Shown: piece after piece, positions 27,390 to 39,840 of the stretch
How the letters are laid out: the number at the start of each line of letters is the position of its first letter
Position numbering within the stretch: the stretch's first letter is position 1
Assembly: GCA_964016885.1 (NCBI GenBank)
Contig: OZ024743.1
Coordinates: 31,062,001 to 31,126,000 of the forward strand
Source: Eledone cirrhosa
Taxonomy: Eukaryota
DNA length: 64,000 nt
Direction: 5' to 3'
Notes under the pieces: generated by a model
The model's input: only the letters and a program-made list of their open reading frames with translations
The model's database searches: none
What the model was told of the DNA's origin: nothing
Position numbers and translations under genes: made by a program

Positions 27390-28380
27390 TGATAGGCTAA
27401 GGTGGGTCAAATGTCCTGTTAGTGAAGGAGCTCGCTCTGCGGTGGTGGCAATTGATGACCAACTCATTCCTGTCATTTATGGGGGATGGCCTTAAGAGAG
27501 TTATGTGATAAGCCTCGGTGAGACAGAGATCGCAACAATTTTCTCCCGTGAAAAAGCTGAGGATCTATCCAAGATAGGCCAAGTTAGTAAGTGTTCAATA
27601 TTGACCAGTTTAAGGTTTTTAACGAGCCTAGCTAGAGAAGTAGAGCATCTATGGTCTGGGTTGCGGAAGGAAAATGAGTGCGCGTTATATAGAACCTTAA
27701 ATGTCGTAGATGTAGAGCCAATATAGGAGCTAATAGATGAGGTCGTTCTAACGATGCACCTATATACGATATTGGGTGTAAGGCACTGCCCGTTAAGCGG
27801 GCATGCGGTGTGGTTACAGCTGTTGCAATTAGGATTGCGATTAGTGGGAGCAGGGTTGTTTAAGCTGCTGGTGTGTACTAATGGGATTGGAGGGGGGGTC
27901 TGCTTCTAGGATGAGTAATGGTGTGGTTGCATGGTGAACTTGTAGGGGGCCGTGGTGCCGGAGGGGGGAGTTATACTTTTTTTAGTTTATGATGGTTGCT
28001 AAATGCGATGTGGCTAGCTAAGTTCGGTGTGTTGGAGAAGGAGATTTTAATATTGTTTTTTTTAAAGAGTGTGTAACATCTTTGGTTGCGGTGGGGGTGT
28101 TTAGATAGGATGGATAAGAAGCGTTTAGGGATGTTAGTAGCTAAATTAGATGAGATAGGTGGGTTAAGCCAGATGATTTTTCTAGGCCTGTTACTTCTGT
28201 GGGGTCTAGCAGAACCAGCAGGGGCATTAGTTGGGTTATTATTACCAATGTGCTTGCTAATGATCAGCCTATTCTTTCCTATTCTAGGATTGAATCTAAA
28301 TCTGCTACTAGGAGTTCGGAGTAGGCCTCTGCCACTATTACGATTACTTTTATAGGTAGGCTTACATTTCAGGCACATCT
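27390..28380 (-). pseudogene. 5'-truncated PLE linker + GIY-YIG remnant (same clade as 2733-4954)
   Basis: RKIIWLNPPIS, KISFSNTPNL, CN..ACPLNGQCLTPNIVYRC..SYIGSTSTTFK. Confidence 0.85.
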
Positions 28381-28616
28381 GGCCATATATATATATATTT
28401 ATATATAAGTATTAAGGATACTATTTATGGTTATGTATATAATAAAACCTTTTATGGTTATATATATTTTTTATACAAACCCCAAATAGTGGAAGATAGT
28501 CCTTCATTACTATCTTATTACTAGTAAGATGAATAGCTCAATGTAATAACATCGGTTGTTTTACAGAGCAGTTATATATAGATTACAATAATCAAAGTTC
28601 AGTTTAAATCATTTAT

Positions 28617-28665
28617 TTGCTTACAATTGTTTCCTCCAAACCGAGGTTTGGATTCTTCGGAGCAA
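28617..28665 (-). ncRNA. Hammerhead motif, U4C core variant (mirror copy 30639-30687, more decayed)
   Basis: TTGCT CCGAAGA A TCCAAACC TC GGTTTGGA G GAAA CAATTG TA AGCAA. Confidence 0.75.
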
Positions 28666-29189
28666 CTATAGGTAATGCAACATCGTACAAACCACCTAAT
28701 AAATTTTGTAACATCTGTCTACTAGAGACCCATACTATCATCTTCTCCTACCATCATCTCCTTAATAAAAAATCAGAGGTGGTCGCATCTTGCCAATACC
28801 GCTTCCGACACTCTTTCCAAAAGTTTAAACCCTATATATAACAATGTCAGACTGGAACCGTCACCACCCCTAGCAATTAGCATAGTGGCACACCTTACAC
28901 CTCATCTCCACACCCATTTATATACTCTAAAGCTAATAGTGGCAACCTTATAATACCATCTACCCTGGAGATACCCCCTTGTACTTCTAATTCTGATACC
29001 TTGGCCTTGGATTGCGTAAACTGCATTGCACAAATATATGATTAATATAAACTGTAGACACTGTATTGGTTGTGCTAACATAATCCTGTACATGGAGTGC
29101 CACCATGAGATAGATGGATGATTAAATAATTAATTTATTATTGAGTGACTATATATTCTATACGATGAGTACAATAAATTATGCGCAGG

Positions 29190-29860
29190 TGATATATGAG
29201 TTAGGAGTTTCTGTATTGCTTGATGACCAGATTAGTGTCTTTTGATGGGAGAACTGGTCCCCGGACCACCCTGGTGATATTGAATTTACTAGGGATTCAG
29301 CCATACAATGACCAGGAACTTACCGGGAGTCTTATATAGTATTAAGACCCTTATTAGTAATAAGACCCTTATACATATAATTGATTTTAAAGTCTGACTC
29401 TTCTTATAGATTGTTCAGGTGTGGCACTCCATATTGGATTGTAATCATCGTGATATGAACTCCTTTATTACTTCTTAATAGACTGCACTCTAATTTATAC
29501 ATAAGAAACCTAATTTAATTTATATATGAGATGGGAGTTTATGTATTGCTTGATGGCCAGACTAGTGTCTTTATATGAGAGAATGATCTCCGGACCACCC
29601 TGGAGATATTTTAATTTGCCAAGGATTCGGACATACAATGACCCAGAGCTTACCGGGAGTCATATATAATAATAAGACCCTGCCAGGTTCTGCGGGTGGA
29701 CTACACTTACAAAGAACATTGATTTGGAGGTCTGACTCTTCGTATAGAATGTTTAGATATGACACTCCATAATAGTAGGTAATCGTCCTGATATATACAC
29801 CTTCAGTACTTCTTAATAGACTACACTGTAACCTATAGATCAGTAACCTAATCTAGAAAT
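29190..29860. repeat. Diverged tandem duplication, period about 330 bp, in PLE 3' UTR
   Basis: GTATTGCTTGATG.CCAGA.TAGTGTCTTT, CCGGACCACCCTGG and CTTACCGGGAGTC each occur twice. Confidence 0.85.
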
Positions 29861-30727
29861 TAGTTATAAAATCATATGATAGGCACTTATTTGAAACACC
29901 ATTAGTGTAATTTAGGATAATAAATTTAACTAAGAAAATCAGCTAGTTACCTCCCCTTACGCATTAACTCCCCTTACACATTAACTCCCCTTGGACACAC
30001 ACACACTTCCGGAATATAATATCATCTCACAAAACTAAACTACATGATCTATTAATTAAAAACCGACAAGATATGGTTTATAACTTGGTTCTATACTGAA
30101 CCATCGTGGATTGTATGATAGACCTGTACTCTATATATTGCGTTTCATGGATTATGTGAGTGGTGGTGTGCGCGAAGACAGTGGTACTGTTTCGCCTATG
30201 TTATAATATGTTTTATAATATGTTTGATATTTTTGATATTTTGGTTTTTCTCTACATTCGGGATTGTATATCATACAGGTGTATGCGAAAAAATGATTTA
30301 ACAATACAGCCCGCATAATACTATCGATAGCCTGCTTTAACTGCCTGATCCTACAAGTAACATTCTGCCGCACTCTAATACTGTATAAATAAGACACGCA
30401 TGCATGCTACGCGTGAGATTGTTCCATACACTGACTTCTCTAAACTTTCCTCTTGCTTTATCTTCACAAACTGCCAATGTTTTATTTTTATTTTTATTTT
30501 TATCGTTTAAGCTTTATATGTAAATTGCCATGCTATATGATTATGATGGATGTCATCCTACTGTCATCCATATGCATATGTTTTTATATGTCTCGTGTGT
30601 TGAAAAGGGGGTCAAGTATGTTATAGATCACTAAATAGCTGCTCCGAAGAATCCAACCCTCGGTTTGGAGGAAGCAATTTTAAGCAAAAAAATGATTTAA
30701 ACTCAACTTTGATTATTGTAATCTCTA

Positions 30728-30784
<57 letters not shown>

Positions 30785-30831
30785 AACTAAAATAAATAAG
30801 TCAAAATTTTTAAAATTTGGCTTCGTTTATT

Positions 30832-30885
30832 ACGCTATATATATTTCGGTGACATCCATCTTTGGCTGTGACCTCTTCAGGCAGT
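30832..30885 (-). ncRNA. Hammerhead motif, left arm
   Basis: ACTGC CTGAAGA GGTCACAGCC..GGATGTCACC GAAA TATATA TA GC. Confidence 0.7.
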
Positions 30886-32602
30886 CCAAATTAGTGTGGT
30901 AGAGTCGAGTATACATGTTGTTGAGGTGTTTAACATTGTCAATACTCTGATATGCCCAGTTCCTGGTTGGGTTGTTATTTCACTGAGGAACTGGAATCAT
31001 ATGAATTTAAACAAACGAATTTCAGCGTCAAAGGACATCTTCTCCTCCCATTGGTCAGTCGTGAGAACATTCCTGAGTTAAAAGTCTATAGAAATTCGTT
31101 CTGAGGCGAGGCGATCTGTAGAGGTTGTTCTTGTTATTGTTAAGTACATCTGACCTCTATACTTATGTTGGTAGTGGTGTTGGTGTTGGAGTCAGCTAAA
31201 AAAAATGATAAAGTAGTAGAAGGAATAAGATGGTAAAAGAACAAAATAAAATAAGATAATCAAATAAAATGTGTGTGTTTTATACCCAATCTCAATGTTA
31301 GAAAGATTTGTACGGTCACTCCTCTCAGTTGTGAGACCATTCCTCAGTCAAAAGTCTATAGGAATTCTTTCTGGGTTGAGGCCGCCTGTAGTGTGTGTGT
31401 TTGCTATTGTTAAGTACATCTGACATCGACCCTTATTTTGGTAGTGATGTTGGTGCTGCGGTCAGCCTAGGTCTTGCTGCTGCTGACATTTAGAAGTATC
31501 TGTGTGTTTCTTCATCTGTTCTGTCCCAATTGTGGTGGTGGTGGTGGTTTGGGGTTGGCTGTGCCAAGAATATGAAGACATAGAAGGCAATAAAATGAAG
31601 AAAAGAGAAAATAAATAATAAATAAAGTTGTGACTGAGAAATGCTCTCAAAACTGACCGATGGGAGGAGTGACTTTGCAAATCTTTCTAACGTTGAGATT
31701 GGTTATAACACATACACATTTTATTTGATTATCTTATTTTGTTTTATTCTTTTACTATCTTGTTCCTCCTACCACTTTATCCAACATCATTCTGACTTTG
31801 AGATTGGTTATAGCACACACACATTGTATTTTATGTGAATCATCATTTTTAGTTTTCATTTATTTTCTATTTATTATTATTTTCTGTTTTCGTCATTGTA
31901 TTGCCTTCTATGTCTTCATATGCATGGCACAGTCAACCCTCCTCCCCACACCACCACCACCAACATTGGGGAAGGACAGATGAAGAAACACACACAGATA
32001 CTTCTAAATGTCAGTAGCAGCAAGACCTAGGCTGACCGCAGCACCAACACCACTACCAAAATAAGGGTAGAGATCAGATGTACTTAACAATAGCAAAAAC
32101 AAACACTACAGGTGGCCTCACCCCAGATAGAATTTCTATAGACTTTTAATTGAGGAATGCTCTCACAACTTAGAGGAGTGACCTTACAAATCTTTCTAAC
32201 ATTGAGATTGGGTATAACACACACACATTTTATTTGATTATCTTATTTTATTTTGTTCTTTTACCATCTTATTCCTTCTATCACTTTATCATTTTTTTGA
32301 GCTGACTCCAACACCAACACGACTACCAACATTAGAGTAGGGGCCAGATGTACTTAACAATTACAAGAACAACCACTACAGATTGCTGGCCTCAGACCGA
32401 ATTTCTATAGACTTTTGACTGAGGAATATTCTCACAACTGACCAATAGGAGATGTCCTTTGACGCTGAAATTCGTTTGTTTAAATTCATGATTCCAGATC
32501 ATCAGTGAAATAACAACCTAACCAGGAACTGGGCACATCAGAGTATTGACAAAGTTAAACACCTCAACAACATGTGTACTCGTCACTACCACACCAATTC
32601 GG

Positions 32603-32657
32603 ACAGCCTGAAGAAGTCACAGCCAAAGATGGCTGTCACCGAAATATATATAGCAGT
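32603..32657 (+). ncRNA. Hammerhead motif, right arm
   Basis: ACAGC CTGAAGA AGTCACAGCC AAAGAT GGCTGTCACC GAAA TATATA TA GCAGT, then AATAAA. Confidence 0.75.
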
Positions 32658-32763
32658 AATAAACGAAGCCAAATTTTAAATATTTGACTTATTTATTTTA
32701 CATTACTCCGGAGTAACCAAACCAACCTGCGCACTTCGTCGAGTGCTCCAACATATGCTCAAA

Positions 32764-32834
<71 letters not shown>

Positions 32835-32842
<8 letters not shown>

Positions 32843-33200
32843 TGTGAGGGTTTTTTTTACAAATTGAAAAATAACCGAGGCGTCCTACACGAGTGAAATT
32901 ATACAGAAAAAAAGATTAAATCGAAAATGCAACCGGAGTCTTATTTTTTTTAAAAATATATATATATTTATTTGGTTCCTTTACCGGTTTCGCAGTTCTT
33001 CTGCTTTTCAAAAGGTGAGTTGAGATGGAGGGTCTGTGTTTTTTCTCACATCAGATGTGAGAGAAGCCACAGACCCTCCATCTCAACTCACCTTTTGAAA
33101 AGCAGAAGAACTGCGAAACGGGTAAAGGAACCAAATAAATATATATATTTAAAAAAAAAATAAAACTCCAGTTGCATTTTCGATTTCATCTCTTTTACTT
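32835..33200. mobile_element. Fold-back mini-element of head-to-head pLTR ends with variant HHRs (32978-33015 minus, 33091-33128 plus)
   Basis: Arms about 130 bp; CCTT TTGAAAA GCAG AAGAA CTGC GAAA CCGG TA AAGG, then AATAAA; relatives at 50270-50592 and 54822-54925. Confidence 0.8.
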
Positions 33201-33207
33201 TATATAT

Positions 33208-33297
<90 letters not shown>

Positions 33298-35964
33298 TAA
33301 CTATAATAAATATATACAAGGCAAATCAAAATAACTTCATCCCCAAATGTTCATCCATTTATCATATTCTTATACATCTCATGTGTCAACAGAGACAAAC
33401 TATATTGTTCGAATTTATTAAAGCTTTCGAGAACCTTCAGTTTCATAAGATTATGAAATTCTGTTATACTTATAAAATGGTAGAATATCTTGTAAATGTA
33501 ATCAAGATAATCTGTGAAGATTCGGAAGCTGCTGTTGAAGCTTATGTAGCGTTACAAAGTGTAGTAAAAGATGTGGAGAAAGTTTATTTATCTTTAACAC
33601 AATGTGCATACAGGTTATGCAATTAAATCATACATTAAACATTGTCCCATAATACGCACACCAGCCAGATCATACGAAATTAGAGTCTATCAACGAAATA
33701 TGGCACACCAAAACGCAAAACGTGTTTAACTATGGAAATACTTGCAGCAAAATCAGTTAGAATCCTACTGTCTCATCAAATATTTGTGCGAAATTATCTA
33801 CAATACGTCGATCTGAATATTGTATTGTGAACGTCTTATAATTTGGGTAATTTGAATGCTCTACTTTATTCAACGACATTTAACAGCTGAAACTTTTAGT
33901 TTATTAGTTAGTGCTTGTTTATTCACCATAATTATGCATTTCTTCAGAATATCATAGATTGTTATAATGTTTGGTCTTTGGTCTTTGTTGAACAGTTTTA
34001 TCAAACGATGCTCCCGTGTGAATTAAATATGAGGCTTATTAATTTGTGTCTTAACAATGGCAATGCCATTACAAAATTCATCAATTATAAACCACATAGG
34101 GGATCAATAATATAATATAAAGTGTATTTATCAAAAGCATCTTCACAATTCTGTTGTGATTCTTTTCCTGGCTATGGAATATAGCCGTCTGCATTTCCCG
34201 TTCTAGTAATTCTGAAGGTTTCACAAATAGAAATTCCGCCTGATATTAATGGTAGAATATTAATCAAAGACACGGCCTTTAAAATAACAATGTAACTGCT
34301 ATGGAATTATAATGGGTAGTGTTAGAGTATTATACTCTGAATAGGACGTCAATATCTGTAACTTTCCAAGCGTAATTGTTCTGTTAAATGTACCAAATTG
34401 GCTAATAACGATAACAGTTAATATATGCTTAGAAAATTGTATCTCTTTATCATCAAAGTCATATGCTAAATGCTTATCAGAAATATAAGCAGCAGCTAGT
34501 AATTATGAAACGCCTAACCATATGTCTATCACTGAATTACATTTTCGTTATTGAAGTGCGTTTTGGATATTGTTATGTACTCATTTGACTTATATTCTTG
34601 TTAAAATATGGGATATATTACATCAAATTTTATATCTTATAAATACATTTCCACAAAACGCAAGGTTCTATGATTTAAGTTCATTTATACTGATCAATTT
34701 GTTATTGATGTTAATTATCCCTAAGAAAGCAAAATAAAAAAAAAGAATAATGACCAGAAAGAGTTTTGCATACTGGAGGTATGAAATTAGATGAAAATTC
34801 CGCAATGCTGCTATTATTGCAACTACTGTAGTTGATTATGGATGCTGCAAGAAAGGAAAGCTCACTTCACAATCACGAATTCACGAGACAGTTCCCGAAA
34901 CATGGCCTGTAGTGGTAGTGTAATTTACACCAATCTCGGTTCGATGAATGCATTGTGAATGAACTTAGTTAGACGGAAAGTTTGTGGAAGCCTATCGGAT
35001 GGACTCTATTAGTAATTACGGGGATCAACATTAACTGTGACATACGATTCTTCCTTTCAATCATATCGAGGGTATATATGCTGTGGAATGTTCTGCAACA
35101 TGCACGATAATTTCATGAATAATTCCATAAACGCATTCACACTTACAATGCAGCATTATTTCAATTTGTGGGCATGATACATGACATGGCAGGAGCCTTA
35201 TATTTGCATGTCTATTAAACTATATCACATGTTATATATCGTACACTGTATATGTCTTATTTCATTCCGAGTTTATGTAGTCGTGCAATGTTAATTATTT
35301 ATTGAATTTCATTGGTCAATTTCTCAAACGGCATATTCTTAATGTATCGATACTTGATAACATATAGGTGGAATATATTTTCTATAAGTTACGTCAGTTC
35401 TTCTTCTTCCTCTTCCTCTTCTTCTTATTCTTCTTCTCCTCCTCCTCCTCCTCCTCCTCCTCCCCCTTCTTCTTATTATTATTCGTCTTCTTCTTCTTCT
35501 TTTTCTTCTTCTCCTTCTTCTTCTAGCTAAGTGTTGGCATACATACCGAAATCACTATGGTGTTTTGGGGATTTACATCTATCTCCCTACATACGATGAC
35601 CGAATTCTTAAGCCAGAGGATTACTGCACGGGAATAGTTTTAAATGGCTATGATCTATCCCGTTTGTTTTCAAACAAGTTGTTGCGAATATTATATACGA
35701 TATATAGAACCAACTGTATGAATAAACTGAAACTAATGTTATTGAAAATTAACCTTGTATTGGTTATTAAATGTTATTAGTATGACACAGCCATGCAGCT
35801 ACATATCACATACACCGTAGATGAGCTGTGAGATATTCCATGCTTAGAGCGCGATCTGCTAGTAATTGCAGCCACGTTTTCCATGAATCATAATCCATTA
35901 TCTTTTACAATCACTATCCTGTTGAATTATGGATGTAACTGTTGATACAATCTATATAACATAT

Positions 35965-36140
35965 AATTTTTTGTATTCTTGGAACAAGGCCAGCAGTTAC
36001 CCAGTACATTACTGGTACTTTATTTTGTCGTCCCGTAAGGATGAAAGGCAAATTTAACCTCGACGGGATTTGAACTCAGACCTTAAAGAGACGTATCTAT
36101 ACTGGAAAGCATGGCGTCCGACCCTCTACCGATACTGCCA
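35965..36140 (-). mobile_element. SINE family A
   Basis: Diverged match to the family consensus. Confidence 0.8.
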
Positions 36141-36869
36141 GACTAGATGATGTCAGTAAACAATGCAGACCTAGTTGTTGTGATCTATTTAACAATGATA
36201 TACAATGAATCTATATCACATATATGTTGCATGACAAATATAAACTATAAACTGTAGTTACGGAGTATACTTACAACAGTTAGAGGTGTACACATTACAG
36301 CCACAGAGTAAATACAAGTTTATTTTCCAAAGCCTGTGCAAATTTAATTATAAACCAAGCTAAGAAAACATTATTGTAGGCAAACCATCTTAGTGTTAAT
36401 AAATATGGCCGCCTTTAGATTTGTTTTCTCCCATTGGTACCTTATTTTAATATCCATTGCTAAATTTATGATTCAATGACATGAATATTTATCATTGCAT
36501 ACTTATCAGCACTCATTTCTATCTCATTTTAAAAACAGCACTTATTTCACACAGCACTCATTTCAAACCTAGTGACTCTCATGTGAAATATTTTACTTTG
36601 TCTTATTACATCTTTGTACTTGGTTTTACTTAACATTTCTCATTGGTAAAATTGTAATATACACAAATTTCCATAAAACGCAAGATTAATTAATATTTTC
36701 GAAAATATATTGACGTTCACTTTCGTCGACAAATTAATTTCAGACCATTTTGCATCCAATGTTTATGGGTTTATAAGAGAAAGATGTGTTTTTCATATTA
36801 AAATTACTTTAATAATCACTTTAGTCTTTATTGTGTTGTATCAGATTAAAGAATGATATTTAACTAATA

Positions 36870-37296
36870 TATTGGTATGCGATGTGGCGCACCCACAGCC
36901 CCGTGGGACAGAGTGTAGAAGGCGTTTCCCCGGAGGACGGTATGGGAGACGCGCTGGAAAAACCACTCCAACTCGCGGGGCTCACACCTGTAGTTGGCCA
37001 GCTCAGCGCCTATGGTGGTGAGTAAGGATGTAGCCCTGGGGCCGAGGACACCAGAAGTCTCCACTGCCAGGGGAACGACCGCAACCTGTCGGAGAGCGAC
37101 CGGTATTTGAGGAGTTTGGCCCCGTCAGCCCGACGTGCAGCAGAACCTTGGTCAGTCGCAGATTGCACCAGGTTGCGACTAGATAAAGTGTCGGTGCAAG
37201 TGGCATCCCAGACGAGGGGCTTGCCACCGCAGAACGGGAAGATGGTCATGCCATCTGGCCTTTTGCCGTCTCCTTGATCCAGCCCCACCGACTCGA
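36870..37296 (-). pseudogene. 3' fragment of a CRE-like non-LTR retrotransposon (restriction-like endonuclease domain)
   Basis: DGKRPDGMT.FPF..GKPLVWDATCTDT, K..KY, frameshift, ETSGVLG..FQRVS..VLRGNA; GC-rich island. Confidence 0.8.
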
Positions 37297-37619
37297 GTGT
37301 TACGATTACATCATGCATGGAATTTCCATAACGAAACATATAAGCTATGAGTGTATTTTCTATCATATTAAATAAACAGTTTCTTGCATACTATATACGT
37401 ATGTAAAGTAATGAACATGTGGTTAAAAGATTTACAACGTAACGAAATGATGAGTTTAGTCTCATTGGATATGTATATTTAAAGGTCTCAAGTGAAAATA
37501 ACAAGGTGCATGAAATATCCATCTTATTATTCATATATTTTCCAGTATATATATATGTATATATGTGTGTCAATATATGTACGACTGCGCGCGCGTTCGT
37601 GTTTATATATATATATATA

Positions 37620-37709
37620 TTTACAGATTGACTTTGTTAGTTTCAGAAGATCCCGTTAAGGGTGAAAGCAGCGATTCTTTGCTTAAACTTTAATCTGTTA
37701 TTTTAATAA

Positions 37710-37712
<3 letters not shown>
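37620..37712 (+). repeat. About 90-bp dispersed repeat; near-identical inverted copy at 55674-55762; HHR-like core
   Basis: CAGAAGA TCCC GTTAA GGGT GAAA; ends in AATAAA and then (TA)n in both copies. Confidence 0.7.
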
Positions 37713-37713
<1 letters not shown>

Positions 37714-37794
<81 letters not shown>

Positions 37795-37802
37795 TATAAA
37801 GA

Positions 37803-37861
<59 letters not shown>

Positions 37862-37882
37862 ATATATATATTTATATAAAGA

Positions 37883-37925
<43 letters not shown>

Positions 37926-37941
37926 ATATATATATTTATAT

Positions 37942-38000
<59 letters not shown>

Positions 38001-38019
38001 TCTTCACATTTATTATTAT

Positions 38020-38080
<61 letters not shown>
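37714..38080. repeat. Long interrupted (TA)n microsatellite
   Basis: Directly visible. Confidence 0.95.
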
Positions 38081-38081
<1 letters not shown>

Positions 38082-38120
38082 GATATTAATAAATGGAAAC
38101 TATATTTATAAAACCATATT

Positions 38121-38185
38121 TATTTCATTATACATATTTCAGGGATACCAAATTAAATTATGGAATGCCTTCATCAGACAAAATA
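38121..38185 (-). ncRNA. Type I hammerhead ribozyme in pLTR
   Basis: TATTTTGT CTGATGA AGGCAT.CCA..TGGTATCCCT GAAA TATGTA TA ATGAAATA. Confidence 0.8.
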
Positions 38186-39840
38186 CACTATATAACAGTT
38201 TTACAAATAAGCTTTGACGTACCCTATTAAAATGCAACCATTATTTTTGGAAGCCATCCGGATAGTGAGTTGTTTATATTATTTTAATAAGTCATAGTGT
38301 GAAGGACAATTAGAAAAAGACGGAGAGAAAGAAAAAGACGGAGAGAGAGAAAGAAAAAAACGTGGAGAAGTATCTGAGAGAGGAAGATGCATGGAGAAAA
38401 AAGAAAGAGATAAATAAAGACAGGAGGAAAGAAAGAAAAAAGGAAGAAATAAGAAATAAGGAAAACAGAGGAAAGCAACAGAGAGATATTAAGTCATCAG
38501 ACAGATAGGAAAACTCAAAAGAGAGAACTATTATATAGAGAGAGGGGGAAATAATGAACATTTTACCTCATGTCATATTAAGTTGAGTTACCAATTTATA
38601 TGAAATGAATAATAAAAATATAAATATTAATATTCATGAATGGGACATAAATATATAATATGAGAAATTAAACATTGTTCAATACTGACTACATGTTTAG
38701 TTTAAAAACTTGAGATCAATATACCACAATTTGGGTTTAATCAACCAAAATGCTAGAGAAATCAGTATCTTAGGCAAAGACACACAACTATATACATATA
38801 TATATACGCACGTCCTGAAAATATATTTACTCAAGTCAACAATATAGACATATAAAACGCAGATGATTTCTCTTAATCAGTGCTATACGTTCCTTGTGTT
38901 ATAAACAAGTTCACAGTATATATACATAAATATATACGATTAACATTCCTGTCTTCATATATACGATTACCATTCATGCATTTAACATTCTGTTAAAAGT
39001 ATGCATATCTGCAATCAAAACTGCGTGGTTAAGCAACATATCTCTTACCCACACACATAGATATACATATATATATATATACACATATATATGTATAAAT
39101 AAACATTTGCGTGCGTCTTCCCGCATCGCTCATGTATACATAGACATATATGCAATCATAAAAAACCTATAACACTGTTATATGCATGTTAATACACATA
39201 CACATTTGTATAGAGATAATCAAATATCAATATATTACTAAGGATTATACTTTGGAAATATAATTATACCAATATAAATTTAAAATACCAAAGGATTATA
39301 TTTTGGAAATACAATTATATCAGTATGGTCAAAAGAACAAACGAATTCTAGAAATATCAAAGCATTAAATATGTTTAAAACACTATAGAGTATCTTAAGT
39401 TAAAATAATATATTTCATATATTTACTATAGAAATTTATCCTACGTATAGTTCAATCTAGATACTGAAAGGGTAGACTTATGAAAATTATGAGAAGCTAT
39501 CAGAATCGAAACAAAACAAATAAAAATAAATAAAAATAAAAATAAGAGTTAAATAAAATTATATCAATATAATTAAAAAATTTAAAAAAGTTTTAAAATT
39601 TTAAAATTTAAAAATTTAAAAGATTTAAAAAACCCAAGGATTCTACAGATATCCTTATATTTAGTATAGAAATTTATCTTACGTATATTTTATTTAAGAC
39701 ATTGGAAGTATAGACATTTTAGAGTAGTTTATTATATCTATTTTTATATTTAGGAAGAAAGTTTAAAAAGAAAAAGGTGAAGGAATCTAATGATTTATCG
39801 ACAGGTTTCACATATTAACTAAAGTACTTAATTAATTATA

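Larger units (their letters stand above)
28575..30730 (+). mobile_element. 5'-truncated PLE: inverted mini-pLTR, last about 55 codons of EN, 1.8-kb 3' UTR, pLTR
   Basis: 28575-28669 is inverted at 30635-30730; FCNICLLE..LLNKKSEVVASCQYR ends at 28841. Confidence 0.8.
30783..32765. mobile_element. About 2-kb fold-back element: inverted arms of about 850 bp, each ending in an HHR, with internal subrepeats of about 270 bp
   Basis: 30783-31630 is the reverse complement of about 31850-32700; TA tracts on both sides; no recognisable ORF. Confidence 0.85.

Noticed and set aside
29165-29860. Possible ORF with TGA read as Trp in the 330-bp duplication (TGG in one copy aligns with TGA in the other, twice)
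   Set aside because: My hand count of differences between copies is spread over codon positions (about 8/6/9) with indels, so there is no coding signature
30783-32765. CRISPR array or DNA transposon with long TIRs
   Set aside because: No repeat-spacer periodicity and no transposase; ends carry HHR plus poly(A) signal typical of PLE pLTRs
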